Notes: generated by a model from the letters alone, not told the origin. Shown: positions 52,581 to 63,919, counted from the stretch's first letter. The stretch is DNA of 64,000 nt from an uncultured Gemmatimonadales bacterium (GCA_963798915.1 CAWCVB010000010.1:1-64000), one strand, 5' to 3'. Numbers and translations are program-made.

Positions 52581-54059
52581 GTGCGACGCCTGACTCGCTA
52601 CGTGCTGGGCCGGCTGGTGGCGCCGTTCGGATTTGCGCTGGCAGCACTGACCGGCTTCATGCTCCTCAACCAGGTGGCCCGGCAGTTTTCCAAACTGGCC
52701 GGCAAGGGCCTCGACTGGAAAGTGATCGCCGAGGTGTTCGTGCTGGCGTTGCCGTTCATCCTGGCGCTTACGCTGCCCATGGCAGTGCTCGTGGCGACGC
52801 TCTACGGCTTCAGCCAGCTGGCGGCGGAGAACGAAATCACGGCGATGCGCAGCAGCGGGGTGAGCGTCGGCCAGATGCTCGGTCCGGTGCTGCTGGTCTC
52901 AGTGCTGGTTGGCGTGGCAACGTTCGGCTTCGTCGACCAGGTGCTGCCCCGAAGCAATGCCCGGCTACGCACGCTCTTTTTCGATATCGCGCGCAAGAAG
53001 CCGACGTTTGAACTGCACGAGCAGGTCCTCAATTCCATCCCCTCCTCGCAATACTTCCTGCGCGCCGCCAAGATCGACCAGGCAGAGGGGCAGCTCCGCA
53101 ACGTGACCATCTTCGACATGGGTGGCCAATGGAGTCGCCGTGTCATCTACGCTGACAGCGGCTCCATGGCCGTCGCCGGGCCAGCCGGCGCCGACCTGCT
53201 GCTGACCCTGCACGATGGCGTCGTGCACGAGTTTCCGGCCGCGGCGCCGGCCGACTTCCGCCTGGTCCGGTTTCACGAAAATCAGGTGGTACTGCGCGGC
53301 GTGTATGACCAGTTCCAGCGCAATGAAGGCACGATCGCCCGCGGCGATCGCGAACAGAGCACTTGCGAGATGCTTGGCGTGGTTCGCGCGGCCGATCGAG
53401 ACGAGCGCCAGGCCGAGCGCGACCGGGATGCCCTGCTCGACCGCGACCTGCGCTTCCTGCTCGGCGTGCCAGCCAGGCCAGCCCCGGCGCCGGTCGAGCA
53501 GGCGCCGGCCCGGGGCTACTGCAACTGGGCCAGCCGGATCCGGGACCTCATCCTCCCAGAGACGGCCAAGGCGCAGCAGGCTGCACAGCTGCCGGCAAGC
53601 AAGGTACGGAGCGCGCCACCGAGCCGCCTTTCGGGTCGGGGTGAGGTCACCGGCACGGCCAGCCGCATTGAGTCGGCAGAGCGCCAGAGTGATCGGTTTC
53701 TCGTCGAAGTCCACAAGAAATGGGCGATCGCCTTTGCCTGTCTTCCCTTTGCCCTGGTCGGCATCGTCGTCGCGCTGCGCTTTCCTCGCGGCGGCATGGG
53801 CCTCGTGATCGGCGGTGCAATGGGCGTGTTCGCGATCTTCTGGGTCGGGCTCACCGCGGGCGAGGCCCTGGCGGACAAGGGCATCCTGTCGCCCTGGCTG
53901 AGCATGTGGGCCCCGGACCTGGTGCTCTCGGTGCTGGGACTCATCGGCCTGGTCGTCGTGAGCCGGGAGATGGGCTCCACTCGAGGCGGCGACTGGCAGG
54001 AAATGGCCGACTGGTGGGGCGACCGCTGGCGGCGTGCGTGGCGCCGGGTGCGGCCATGA
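52581..54059 (+). CDS. lptF: LPS export permease LptF
   Basis: LTLPMAVL, ENEITAMRSSGVS, VEVHKKWAIAFAC. Confidence 0.88.
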   Translation: MRRLTRYVLGRLVAPFGFALAALTGFMLLNQVARQFSKLAGKGLDWKVIAEVFVLALPFILALTLPMAVLVATLYGFSQLAAENEITAMRSSGVSVGQMLGPVLLVSVLVGVATFGFVDQVLPRSNARLRTLFFDIARKKPTFELHEQVLNSIPSSQYFLRAAKIDQAEGQLRNVTIFDMGGQWSRRVIYADSGSMAVAGPAGADLLLTLHDGVVHEFPAAAPADFRLVRFHENQVVLRGVYDQFQRNEGTIARGDREQSTCEMLGVVRAADRDERQAERDRDALLDRDLRFLLGVPARPAPAPVEQAPARGYCNWASRIRDLILPETAKAQQAAQLPASKVRSAPPSRLSGRGEVTGTASRIESAERQSDRFLVEVHKKWAIAFACLPFALVGIVVALRFPRGGMGLVIGGAMGVFAIFWVGLTAGEALADKGILSPWLSMWAPDLVLSVLGLIGLVVVSREMGSTRGGDWQEMADWWGDRWRRAWRRVRP

Positions 54060-55135
54060 TACGCCTGCTTGATCGGTACCTGCTCGGTTCGTGGATCAAG
54101 CTGTTCATTGTAACCGCCATCGGCTTTCCGATCGTGGCCGTGGTCACCGAAATGATTCAGGAACTCCATGACCTGCTGGGCCGAGGGCTGACGCTGCGCC
54201 AGGTTGCGGTCAGCTACGTGTTCGGGATTCCCGCCTGGGCGTCGCTGGTGATGCCGGCCGCTGTCCTGTTCGCCACCATTTTCACGGTGGGCAACATGGC
54301 GCGCCATTCCGAGCTCACCGCGGCCAAGGCAGGCGGCGCGAGCTTCCATCGCCTGGTCCGACCGCTGTTCCTCGCCTCGCTGGCAGCATCGGGCCTCGCA
54401 ATCCTGGTGGGCGAACTGGCCGTGACAGCCTCTGCCCGGCAGGCGGATATGCAGAAGGCATCTGCCCTGGTCAATTCCGGCTCACGCTTCAACTTCGTCT
54501 ACCGCGCCAACCTCGGCTGGATCTACACCATCCGCGCGCTGGATGTCGCCTCGCATACACTGCGTGAGCTGGTGCTGGAGCGGGCCGGTACCGGTGATGA
54601 TTACCCGACGCTGGTCATTCGTGCCGACAGCGCCACCTGGGCGGATTCGTCGGCCCAGTGGACGCTCTGGAACGGCCAGAGCCGGGTACTGGGAGACGCC
54701 GGCCGCCTGGCCACGTTCGGCTTTGCCACCATGCAACTGGCGGCCTTCTCGCAGGATCCGTCCGAACTTCTGCTCAAGGACAAGGCGCCCCAGGCGATGC
54801 GCTACGCCGAACTCGGCCGATACATCGAATCGATGCATCGCGCCGGCAACCCGACCGGCGAGCTCGAGGTCCAGCGTGCCCAGCGCATCGCGATCCCGAT
54901 GGCCTGCCTGGTCATCGCGCTCTTTGGCGCCCCGCTGGCGATGGCCGCTCCGCGCTCCGGCACCGCCTTCGGCATCGGCGTGAGTCTCGCGGCCACGGTC
55001 GTCTACATCCTGCTCTCCCAGATTGCCACAGCAATGGGCGACAGCAACTTCCTGAGCCCCACCCTGCTGGCCTGGCTGCCCAACGCGCTGTTCCTGATCG
55101 CGGCGCTGGTGTTGCTGGACCGGGTGAGGTCGTAG
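54056..55135 (+). CDS. lptG: LPS export permease LptG
   Basis: MIRLLDRY, SELTAAKAGG, AWLPNALF; ATGA overlap. Confidence 0.88.
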   Translation: MIRLLDRYLLGSWIKLFIVTAIGFPIVAVVTEMIQELHDLLGRGLTLRQVAVSYVFGIPAWASLVMPAAVLFATIFTVGNMARHSELTAAKAGGASFHRLVRPLFLASLAASGLAILVGELAVTASARQADMQKASALVNSGSRFNFVYRANLGWIYTIRALDVASHTLRELVLERAGTGDDYPTLVIRADSATWADSSAQWTLWNGQSRVLGDAGRLATFGFATMQLAAFSQDPSELLLKDKAPQAMRYAELGRYIESMHRAGNPTGELEVQRAQRIAIPMACLVIALFGAPLAMAAPRSGTAFGIGVSLAATVVYILLSQIATAMGDSNFLSPTLLAWLPNALFLIAALVLLDRVRS

Positions 55136-55258
55136 GGGTTGGGGAATAGGGGTTGGGGAATAGGGATAGGGGAACAGGGGTTGGGAGAAGCGGAAAGGGC
55201 CGAAGCTCACCTCGAGCTCCGGCCCTTCCCTAACCCCTAACCCCAATCCCTAGCCCCT
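55134..55258. repeat. G-rich heptamer arms around a hairpin between convergent genes
   Basis: GGGGTTG/GGGAATA units at 55134-55186; hairpin 55195-55227; CCCCTAA-like units at 55228-55258. Confidence 0.85.
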
Positions 55259-58200
55259 CAGAACGAATACTTCGCGCCGAACTGCATGCGCCAGCGTGAG
55301 GAATTCGGACCGAGGATGGTCCGCTCAATGGTGGCCGGCGGCGAGAAGTTGTAGATCGGCCGGTTGTTGACCACATCGTAACCGACGGCGCGGAGGAAGG
55401 ACGGGCCTTCCTCGAACCCGCTCACCTGCTTGAAGGCGCCCCACTCGTTGTCAATCATGTTCAGGACGTTGAACACGTCCCACGAGAGCAGCAGGCTCTG
55501 CCCGGCCGGAAGCGGCAGGGTGGTCGCCAGACGGGCGTTCAGCAGGTTGGACCACGGGTTCCGGCAGGAGTTGCGCTCCAGGATCTTCCCGCGGCTGTCG
55601 GCCAGGCACGGCTGGCTGTTGATGAAGTCATCCAGCGCACTGAACTGCGTCGGGTCGGCCAGCGTGATGTCCGAGGCGCTCGCCGGAACGTACGGCAGGT
55701 CGTTGCCGCTGATGCCGTCGGCATTGACGTCGCTGCCCACCGTCCAGCCATAGGGCGAGCCGGAGAAGCCCTGGTAGATCAGGGAGAACTGGCCCCGATA
55801 CGGCAGGTTGGCGGTGCCGCTGATGGTAATTTTGTGCGGCACGTCAAAGGCCGAAGTCGTTACGTTCCGGTCGAACAGCGACCCGTCCAGCGACGCAAAC
55901 TGGTAGTTCGAGAACGCGATGCTGCTCGTCAGGGAGATAGATGTCCTTGGTCTTCGAATAGGTGTAGCCGGCATTGAAGGCCAGCCCGTTATTGAAGCTC
56001 TTGGACAACTGCGCCGTGATCGAGACACTGTTGCCACCGTTGGCGTTGCGGTGAAACAGGGCGTTGCCAATGTCGGACCGGACAACGTTCTTGCTCGCCC
56101 GGCCGTCGGCCGGGTTAAAAGTGCCATACAGGTAGCGGCCCTCACCCGAGGTCGTCGGGGATTCCACCAGGTTGTTGTCCTGGATGTAGAGACTGTTCCG
56201 GTTGGTGGTGTAGAGGAAGTCCACCGTCCCGATGATGCCGTGCGGGAGCTGGTGATCAAGACCCAGTGCCGCCCGGAAGTTCTGCGGGAACTTGAAGTTC
56301 GGGTCAAAATACACCGGGTTGGCCCGCGGCAGCGATGGCGTTCCGCCGCCCACGCACGCGGTCGGCTGGTCAGCCAGGGCCGTGCCCGGGAAGGTCGGCA
56401 CCTCGGCGCCGGTGCAATTCAGCGTGACGCTTTCGAGGCCGGTGCCGACATAGGCATTGGACAGCCACACGTATGCCGGACGCCCGGTGAAGATGCCGGC
56501 GCCGCCGCGGAGCACGGTGGTACCGCGCCCGTCCACGTCCAAATTGAAGCCCAGCCGCGGCGACCAGAGCGCGTTGCCGCTGGGGAAGTCGCCGGTATTG
56601 ATCGGGAGGTTTGGGTCGCTCACCAGGTTCGGGTTGGTGATCGGGGCATTGAAATACGGCACGTCCACGCGGACGCCCGCCGTCACCGTTGCCCGGTTGC
56701 TCAGCGTCCACTGGTCCTGGACGAAGCCGCCAATCTGCTTCACCGAGAAGTCGGCCACCGGGCCGTTCGGCGCCAGCGAAGGATCGCCCGGCAGTGAGCG
56801 CTCGTACACTTCGGCCATACCCTGCTGCAGGCTGTCCAGCGAGGCGAACATCCAGTTTCCGTAGGAGCCCTGGGCAAAGACGTTGTGGAAGGTGAAGAAC
56901 TCGTCGCTGGTACCGACCGTGAGCCGATGCTGGCTGGCCACGTTCCAGCTCAGGTTGTCGGCCACCGAGTAGATGTCCTGATTCAGCAGGTTGCCCTGCG
57001 AGAACCGGTCGGCACCGGCCGCAAGCCAGGAATCACTGGAGCCGACCACGCCGGCATCGAGCAGGATGAGCGGGGCGTCATTGGCGATTTCGCGATGATC
57101 GCGAACCCACTGGCCGCCTCCCAGGAACTCGTTGGACATGTTCTGGCCAAACGTGGTGGTCCACTTGAGCCGGGTGGTATTGGTCCGGTTGGCCTGGCCA
57201 TAGCCGCTGTTGGAAAGCTGATAGCCATCACGCAGCCGGGAGGAGAAGCGCGGGCTGGTGGGGTTTCGAATCAGCTGGTCCTGGGTGGCATCCACCCAGT
57301 TGTGCGACAACTCCAGCCGGCTGTTGGGCGCGATCTGCCAGCTGAGCTTGCCGAACAGATTCTTGTCCGGATTCTTGATCGGCGGCGCCGTACCGTTGCC
57401 CGGATCACCGAGGTTGTACGTGTTGACCAGGACGTCCCGGAAGTCCTGCGCGTCGGCCAGGGTGAAGCCGACGTTGGCGATGTCCTCGGCGTCGTTGCCG
57501 GTCAACTGGTTGCTGCTGGAGAACGAGCTGCTGCTGCTCTGCAGGTCGGCCGAGACGAAGAACTGCAGCTTGTCCCGCATGATGGGACCGCTGAAGGTGC
57601 CGCCGTACTGGTACACGTTGAAGGAGCTGAAGGTCGGATCGTCCCGCTGGCCGGCCAGGCTCTTGCCCCGGTAGTAGCCAAACAGCGAGCCGTGGTAGTC
57701 GTTGGTGCCTGACTTCGTGACGGCGTTGATCAGCCCGCCAGTGAAGTTGCCCTGGCGCACGTCGAAGGGTGCCACCTGCACCTGGAATTCCTGGATCGCT
57801 TCGAGCGAGATCACGGTGGCGTTGGCCTGGCCGCCCGGAGTGCCGCTGGCAGCCAGCCCGAAGAGGTCGTTATTGACGCCGCCATCCACCTGGATGTTGT
57901 TGAACCGATTGTTCTGGCCAGCCACCGAGTTGCCATTGACCTGGGGAGCGGTCTGGATCAGGTCGGTGAAGTTACGGCCCTGCAATGGATAGCGCTGGAT
58001 GGCCGTGTCGGACACGACGGTAGAGGCGCCGGTCCGGGAGACGTCGGCGAGGATGGAGGTCTGGGTGACGACGTTGATATCCTCGAGCTGCACCGTGGTG
58101 CGCTTCAGGGTGACATCGTGCGAGACTCGCTGCCCCAGCGTAAGGTGGAGGCCTTCATCCCTGAGCGGCTGGAATCCGATGGCGCGTACCGACAGGGTGT

Positions 58201-58450
58201 ACGGGCCGCCCGCGGAGGCGTTGTCCACCACATACCGGCCATCAGACCGGGTGGTGACAACGTGGGTCTCGCCCGTGGCGGGCTTGATGAGCGACACATC
58301 CGCCCCGCCGACCGGCGCTCCATCCTCGGCCATCACGGTTCCGACGATTGCCGCTGAGGTGACGCCCTGCGCCTCAGCCCGGCTTACCAGCCCGGCCGTG
58401 AGCGCAAGCGCCAATACCGCCGCGCCTGCCCTACCTGACCATGATCTCAT
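55258..58450 (-). CDS. Oar-like TonB-dependent receptor with carboxypeptidase-regulatory-like domain; one frameshift near 55935
   Basis: GRNFTDL, GGLINAVTKSGTN, SPRLGF, terminal QFGAKYSF. Confidence 0.88.
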
Positions 58451-58517
58451 ACCGACTCACCTCTCGGAAGTGGAAACTGTGGAAGCGCGCCCAAAGTTAC
58501 CGCCGCGCCGGAAGCGG

Positions 58518-59879
58518 TCAAGCACTCGGATTGGCCGTGACGGAACCTTTACCTCCGAACCGCCGCCAGAGGAGATAGGCCGGCACGCCGGCCAGGATGA
58601 TCGAGAAGGTGATGCCGGTGTCGATCGGCTGGGTCCACAGCGCGTTCAGCACCATGGCCAGCGACGCCAGGAGAAATAGCGCGGGAACCACGGGGTACCC
58701 CCAGGCCCGGTAGGGTCGCTCCAGCTCGGGCCGGGTGCGGCGAAGCACATAGACCGCCGCCACGGCCAGCGCGTAGAAGGGCCAGATCCCGAGAATGAAC
58801 TTCTCGGCCAGCTGCTGAAAATCATTGAGCAGGACGTAGATCACGCCCAGAATGGTCGCAAGCCAGATGGCGACCGACGGACTCTGGTACCGAGGGGATA
58901 CCCGGGCAATGCGTTCGAAGAAGAGCCCCCGATCGGCCATCGCGAAGAAGATCCGGGGTCCGGTCATCATGGAACCATTGAGTGTCCCGAAGCACGAGAT
59001 CATCACCATGGCCGCCACAATGGACGCTCCGGCAGCACCGAGTGCTGGAATCCGTTCGGCCGCGGTCGAGGCAATCAGGGCACTGCCCGCCATCTGGGGC
59101 AATGGTACCAGGTACACATAGGCCGCGTTGATCAGCAGATAGACCACCACGATGGACGCGGTGCCGATGATCAGTGCCAGCGGCAGCGTCCGCCCGGGAT
59201 TCCGGACCTCACCACCCATGAAGGAAAGATCCGCCCAGCCATCATAGGTCCACATGATGGTGATCAGGGCAGTTCCCATGAGCGACAGGTCCAGGCCGTG
59301 CGGCCAGACCGGCACGAAGTGGGCACCACTCCCCTGCCCCACGGCGAACGCGAGCACCGCGAGGCCCGCAAGAGCCAGATACTTGACCACCGTGGTCAGG
59401 TTCATGACCAGGGCCGCGACGTTCACGCCGGTCCAGTTGAAAATCCCGACCAGAACGATCCCCGCGGCCGCCACCAGACGAACCTGCATCGGGCTCATCG
59501 GAATGAAATGGCCGAGGTATTCGGCGAAGATCGTTGCGATGGCGCCCAGCGCCGAGGCACGGATGACACAAAGCTCTGACCAGCCAAAGAGAAAGGCCGG
59601 CAGCGGGCCGAAGGCCTCGAGGATGTAGGCAAAGACTCCGCCTGAGCGCGGCAGGGCCGCCGCCAGCTCGGCATAGGTCAACGCTCCGAACAGCGCGATC
59701 AGACCACCCAGCACCCAGGCCAGCAGGACCGGGCCCGGATCGCGAAGCTGGCCCGCCACCGTCGCCGGCACCCGGAAGATGCCGCTGCCGATGGTCGAAC
59801 CCACCAGAACGGCGACAGCACTCCAGAGGCCCAGGTGTCGGGGCAACCGTTCGCCCCAGGCATCGCGCTCTTGATTCAT
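58518..59879 (-). CDS. APC-family amino acid permease
   Basis: GSTIGSGIF, YAELA, WTYDGW, RPYRAWGYP. Confidence 0.92.
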   Translation of the reverse strand: MNQERDAWGERLPRHLGLWSAVAVLVGSTIGSGIFRVPATVAGQLRDPGPVLLAWVLGGLIALFGALTYAELAAALPRSGGVFAYILEAFGPLPAFLFGWSELCVIRASALGAIATIFAEYLGHFIPMSPMQVRLVAAAGIVLVGIFNWTGVNVAALVMNLTTVVKYLALAGLAVLAFAVGQGSGAHFVPVWPHGLDLSLMGTALITIMWTYDGWADLSFMGGEVRNPGRTLPLALIIGTASIVVVYLLINAAYVYLVPLPQMAGSALIASTAAERIPALGAAGASIVAAMVMISCFGTLNGSMMTGPRIFFAMADRGLFFERIARVSPRYQSPSVAIWLATILGVIYVLLNDFQQLAEKFILGIWPFYALAVAAVYVLRRTRPELERPYRAWGYPVVPALFLLASLAMVLNALWTQPIDTGITFSIILAGVPAYLLWRRFGGKGSVTANPSA

Positions 59880-60019
59880 TACCACCACGGGGAGTTTGAG
59901 GGGGGATTCAACTGGGAAAATCGACCGCAATCGTATGCTTGACAAGGGGGGAGCCGCTCCCGTTCTTTCGCTCGCCGCAGGGCCCCGCAGGTCCGCGCGC
60001 CCTCTCTGGAGATCTATTC

Positions 60020-62038
60020 ATGCACCAGTCGCAGCCCGATCCAGCCCGGTCACTCCGCCGCCTTGCCTGGGCAGGCGTCATCCTGGCGATCGGGCTGGTG
60101 GTCCTTGGCGGGGTGGTTCGAATCACCGGCTCCGGGCTGGGCTGCGGCAACCACTGGCCTCGGTGCGATGGCGCATGGTTCCCCCCGCTTGACCTGGCCA
60201 CGGCCATCGAGATCGGTCACCGCTGGGTGGCTGCCCTGCTGAGCGTGCTCGTCGTTGCCGTGGCAGTCCAGGCCTGGCGCCGCCATCGGGATGAACCCAG
60301 GCTCCGGCGTCCGGCATCGCTGGCGTTGCTGCTGCTGGTGGTCCAGGTCCTCCTGGGCGCGGTGACGGTCAAGCTCGACCTCCCGGCTTCGGTGGTCATC
60401 ATTCACCTGGCCAACGCCATGTTCCTGCTGGCCGCCCTGCTGGTCACCGCCATGCGGGCGGGCACCACGGCGATGCCGCTGCCCCGGCCGGACAGGCACC
60501 CTGACCACCGCCTCATCCTGGTGACCACCGCGGCCTCGCTGCTGGTGGTACTGCTTGGCGCCCATGTCGCCAACCTGAATGCCGGGTGGGTCTGCCTCGG
60601 TTTCCCGTTCTGCCGCGGATTCGGCCTGGGCCCGCCACCGACAGCGCTCGGCGCCCTGCACTGGACCCACCGGATCCTGGCCTACCTCTTCCTCGCGCTT
60701 GTGGCCGTGACCTCGATCCGGCTTTCGGCCCGGAGGGACGAGGACGCAGCGCCAGTCCGAACGGTGGCCAATGCCCTGCTCGGCCTTACCGTGCTGCAGG
60801 TCATCGTGGCCGCCACCATGGTGCTCGCAAGCCTGCCGACCGCGCTGCGGGCGGCGCACCTGATGCTCGGAACGCTGATCTGGACCTCCGGAGTGATGCT
60901 GGTGTTCCGATCCCGCCGTCTTGGCAGGGCAATCGCGGCCGTTCCGGCAGGGGATCTCGGGGCGTCAGCGAGCTTTGCCGACTTGGGTAGGGGTGGCCTG
61001 CGGTCCACCCCTACCGTTGTCGGGCGGGATTCAGAAACAGATGGAGTTATCCCGGATCACGCCGAATCGCTTGCCGTCCCGGCGGCGCCGTCGTTTGTCC
61101 AGGACTTGGTCACCCTCACGAAACCCCGAATCATTTCGCTGCTGCTGGTCACCACGGTCGCGCCCATGTTCATCACTCCGGCCGGGCTGCCTTCCATGCG
61201 GCTGGTCTTGCTGGTGGTCGTCGGCGGGTATCTGATGGCGGGCGGCGCCAACGCCATCAACATGTGGTTTGATCGTGACATCGACACCCGGATGGCACGC
61301 ACGCGCCTCAGGCCGATTCCCGCCGGGCGGGTCAGTCCCGGCGCTGCGCTCGTCTTTGGCGTCGGGCTGGGGGTCATCGCATTCTTCATCTTCTATCGCT
61401 TCGTGAATCCGCTGTCGGCGTGGCTTGCGCTGGGTGGTCTGCTTTTTTACGTGTTCATCTACACGATGTGGCTCAAGCGCACCACCACCCAGAACATTGT
61501 CATCGGCGGGGCGGCCGGCGCCTTCCCGCCGCTGGTTGGATGGGCAGCCATGACCGGCCGGCTCGATCTCGCGGCCATTTATCTCTTTGCCATCATCTTC
61601 TATTGGACCCCTCCCCACTTCTGGGCCCTCGCACTGATCAAGCAGCGTGACTATGCCAAGGCCGGGGTCCCGATGATGCCAGTGGTCCGGGGTGAGCGCC
61701 GCACCAAGGTGGAAATGCTGCTGTATACCCTGTTCCTGCTTCCCCTCACCCTGATGCCGTCACTGTTCGGGGCCCTGGGATTGGTCTATTTCGTTTCAGC
61801 TCTCCTGCTTGGCGCGAGACTCTTGTGGTACTGCGTGCAACTACTACGAGAATCCGGCGTAACACCAACGGCCTGGCGGATGTACAAGTATTCGCTGCTA
61901 TATCTCTTCCTCCTGTTCCTCGCGATGGGCGTCGACCGACTGGTGCCCATTCGCCGAGCGCTGCCACCTGCCCGACTTATGCTCGACAACGCTGACCCCC
62001 ACCCGGGGGCGGCCGGACTCCGTGAGCTGACGCACTGA
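60020..62038 (+). CDS. Heme A synthase (CtaA)-heme O synthase (CtaB/CyoE) fusion
   Basis: GSGLGC..WPRC, EIGHR, HWTHR; then LTKPRII, DRDID..M.RT..RP, WTPPHFWAL. Confidence 0.92.
   Translation: MHQSQPDPARSLRRLAWAGVILAIGLVVLGGVVRITGSGLGCGNHWPRCDGAWFPPLDLATAIEIGHRWVAALLSVLVVAVAVQAWRRHRDEPRLRRPASLALLLLVVQVLLGAVTVKLDLPASVVIIHLANAMFLLAALLVTAMRAGTTAMPLPRPDRHPDHRLILVTTAASLLVVLLGAHVANLNAGWVCLGFPFCRGFGLGPPPTALGALHWTHRILAYLFLALVAVTSIRLSARRDEDAAPVRTVANALLGLTVLQVIVAATMVLASLPTALRAAHLMLGTLIWTSGVMLVFRSRRLGRAIAAVPAGDLGASASFADLGRGGLRSTPTVVGRDSETDGVIPDHAESLAVPAAPSFVQDLVTLTKPRIISLLLVTTVAPMFITPAGLPSMRLVLLVVVGGYLMAGGANAINMWFDRDIDTRMARTRLRPIPAGRVSPGAALVFGVGLGVIAFFIFYRFVNPLSAWLALGGLLFYVFIYTMWLKRTTTQNIVIGGAAGAFPPLVGWAAMTGRLDLAAIYLFAIIFYWTPPHFWALALIKQRDYAKAGVPMMPVVRGERRTKVEMLLYTLFLLPLTLMPSLFGALGLVYFVSALLLGARLLWYCVQLLRESGVTPTAWRMYKYSLLYLFLLFLAMGVDRLVPIRRALPPARLMLDNADPHPGAAGLRELTH
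60987..61014. repeat. Intragenic GTAG REP
   Basis: GTAGGGGTGGCCTGCGGTCCACCCCTAC. Confidence 0.75.
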
Positions 62039-63807
62039 TGGCATTGCCGTCTCCCCGGCGGCTGAATCGCCTGTGGGTCAGAGTTCGACCGTACAGGGCC
62101 GGGCTCTTCTGGGCCGTGGCGGCGCTTCTCGCCTCGAGCGCCATCAATCTCATGTTTCCCGGGATTGTCGGATACCTGCTTGATGCCGCCTTTGAGAAGG
62201 GCAACCGCGACCTCCTGAACCGCATAGCGATCGGCCTGGTGGGCCTTTTTGCCATCCAGGCGCTGCTGAACTACGCCCAGACGTACCTGCTCTCGGCCAC
62301 GGGCGAGCGGGCTGTGGCCGGGCTGCGACGGGAGCTCTTCAACAAGCTGCTTACGCTACCGCCCGGCTTCTTCACGGAGCGGCGGACCGGCGAGCTCACC
62401 AGCCGGCTCACGACCGACATCGGCCTGCTGCAGGGCGTATTGAGCCACCAGATCGCCGAGTTTTCGCGCCAGGTCATCATGCTGGTGGGTGGGCTGGTGC
62501 TGCTCACGATCATGCAGCCCACGCTTACGCTGACCGCCGTGGCCGTCGTACCGGTCGTGGTCCTGACGGCCATGTTCTTTGGCCGGCGGCTGAGGCGGCT
62601 GACCACGGGAGTGCAAGACAAGGTGGCAGAAGCCACCGCGGTCGCGGAAGAGGCGATGAGCCAGATCCGCACCGTGCAGGCCTTTGTCCAGGAAGACATG
62701 GAGCGCCGGCGCTATGGTGCCCGCATCACCGAGAGTGTACGGGAGGCGCTCAAGCGGGCGCACTTCCGTGGCATCTTTTTCGGGGTGCTGACGCTCGCCT
62801 CGTTCTGCGGCATCGTCATTGTGCTCTGGCAGGGCGGGAGGCAGGTACTGGCAGGTGGCCTTACTGCCGGTCATCTGGTGTCGTTTCTTCTCTATACCAT
62901 TTATATCGCGGCGGCGGTGGGCTCACTTGCATCGTTCTTCAGCGCCTACCAGGAGGCGGTGGGGGCAGCCGAGCGGGTCTTCGATCTGATAGAGACGCCG
63001 GTGGCCATCGCCGATCCTCTGCACCCGGTGCCGCTGCCTCTGCCGGTCAGGGGAGCCGTCGCCTTCGACAAAGTGTCGTTCCGCTACCATCCTGAGGACG
63101 AGAATCGGTGGATCCTCCGGGACATCAACCTTGAAATCCGGCCGGGCGAGGTGGTGGCGCTGGTTGGCCCTTCGGGGGCCGGCAAGACCACGCTGATTTC
63201 GCTGCTGCCACGATTCTGGGATCCTACAGAGGGCGTGATCCGACTGGAAGGTGTGGACCTGCGGGCGCTGGCGCTCAGCGATGTCCGCCACGCAGTGGGC
63301 ATCGTCCCGCAGGAGCCGGCCCTGTTCAGCGGGAGTGTGCGGGACAACATCGCCTATGGCCGGCCTGACGCCGCCCACGCCGCTGTCGAGGCGGCCGCCA
63401 AGGCGGCGCATGCCCATGAGTTTGTCATGGCTCTTCCGGCCGGATATGACACCCTGGTCGGGGAGCGTGGGGTCAAGGTCTCCGGGGGCCAGCGCCAGCG
63501 GATCGCGATCGCCCGTGCCATCCTCAAGAATCCCGCTGTCCTGGTGCTCGATGAGGCAACCAGCAACCTGGATACCGAGAGCGAGCGGCTGATCGAAGAC
63601 GCTCTGGAACGCCTGCTGGTAAACCGGACCACTCTCATCATTGCGCATCGGCTGAGCACCGTCCGCCGGGCCGACCGGCTTCTGGTGCTGGACCAGGGTC
63701 AAATGGTTGAGGAAGGGACCCACGCCAGCCTGCTCGAGCTGGGCGGGCTGTATGCCCGGCTGTATCAGCGGCAGTTCAGGGACGGGGAGCTGCTGCTCGA
63801 GGGATGA
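62038..63807 (+). CDS. ABC exporter, fused TMD-NBD (MsbA/ABCB-like)
   Basis: GPSGAGKTT, VSGGQRQR, LDEATS. Confidence 0.95.
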   Translation: MALPSPRRLNRLWVRVRPYRAGLFWAVAALLASSAINLMFPGIVGYLLDAAFEKGNRDLLNRIAIGLVGLFAIQALLNYAQTYLLSATGERAVAGLRRELFNKLLTLPPGFFTERRTGELTSRLTTDIGLLQGVLSHQIAEFSRQVIMLVGGLVLLTIMQPTLTLTAVAVVPVVVLTAMFFGRRLRRLTTGVQDKVAEATAVAEEAMSQIRTVQAFVQEDMERRRYGARITESVREALKRAHFRGIFFGVLTLASFCGIVIVLWQGGRQVLAGGLTAGHLVSFLLYTIYIAAAVGSLASFFSAYQEAVGAAERVFDLIETPVAIADPLHPVPLPLPVRGAVAFDKVSFRYHPEDENRWILRDINLEIRPGEVVALVGPSGAGKTTLISLLPRFWDPTEGVIRLEGVDLRALALSDVRHAVGIVPQEPALFSGSVRDNIAYGRPDAAHAAVEAAAKAAHAHEFVMALPAGYDTLVGERGVKVSGGQRQRIAIARAILKNPAVLVLDEATSNLDTESERLIEDALERLLVNRTTLIIAHRLSTVRRADRLLVLDQGQMVEEGTHASLLELGGLYARLYQRQFRDGELLLEG

Positions 63808-63865
63808 CCTGGCGGAAGCCGAGCCCACCGAAGTGGCTGACTTGCATCGTGGGCATGTGAGGGCA

Positions 63866-63903
63866 AACGAACCCCCCGGGGAGCACTCCCCGGGGGGTTC
63901 GTT
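63866..63903. terminator. Long hairpin between convergent genes
   Basis: AACGAACCCCCCGGGGAG-ca-CTCCCCGGGGGGTTCGTT. Confidence 0.75.
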
Positions 63904-63919
63904 CTGGTGAACAGCCGGC

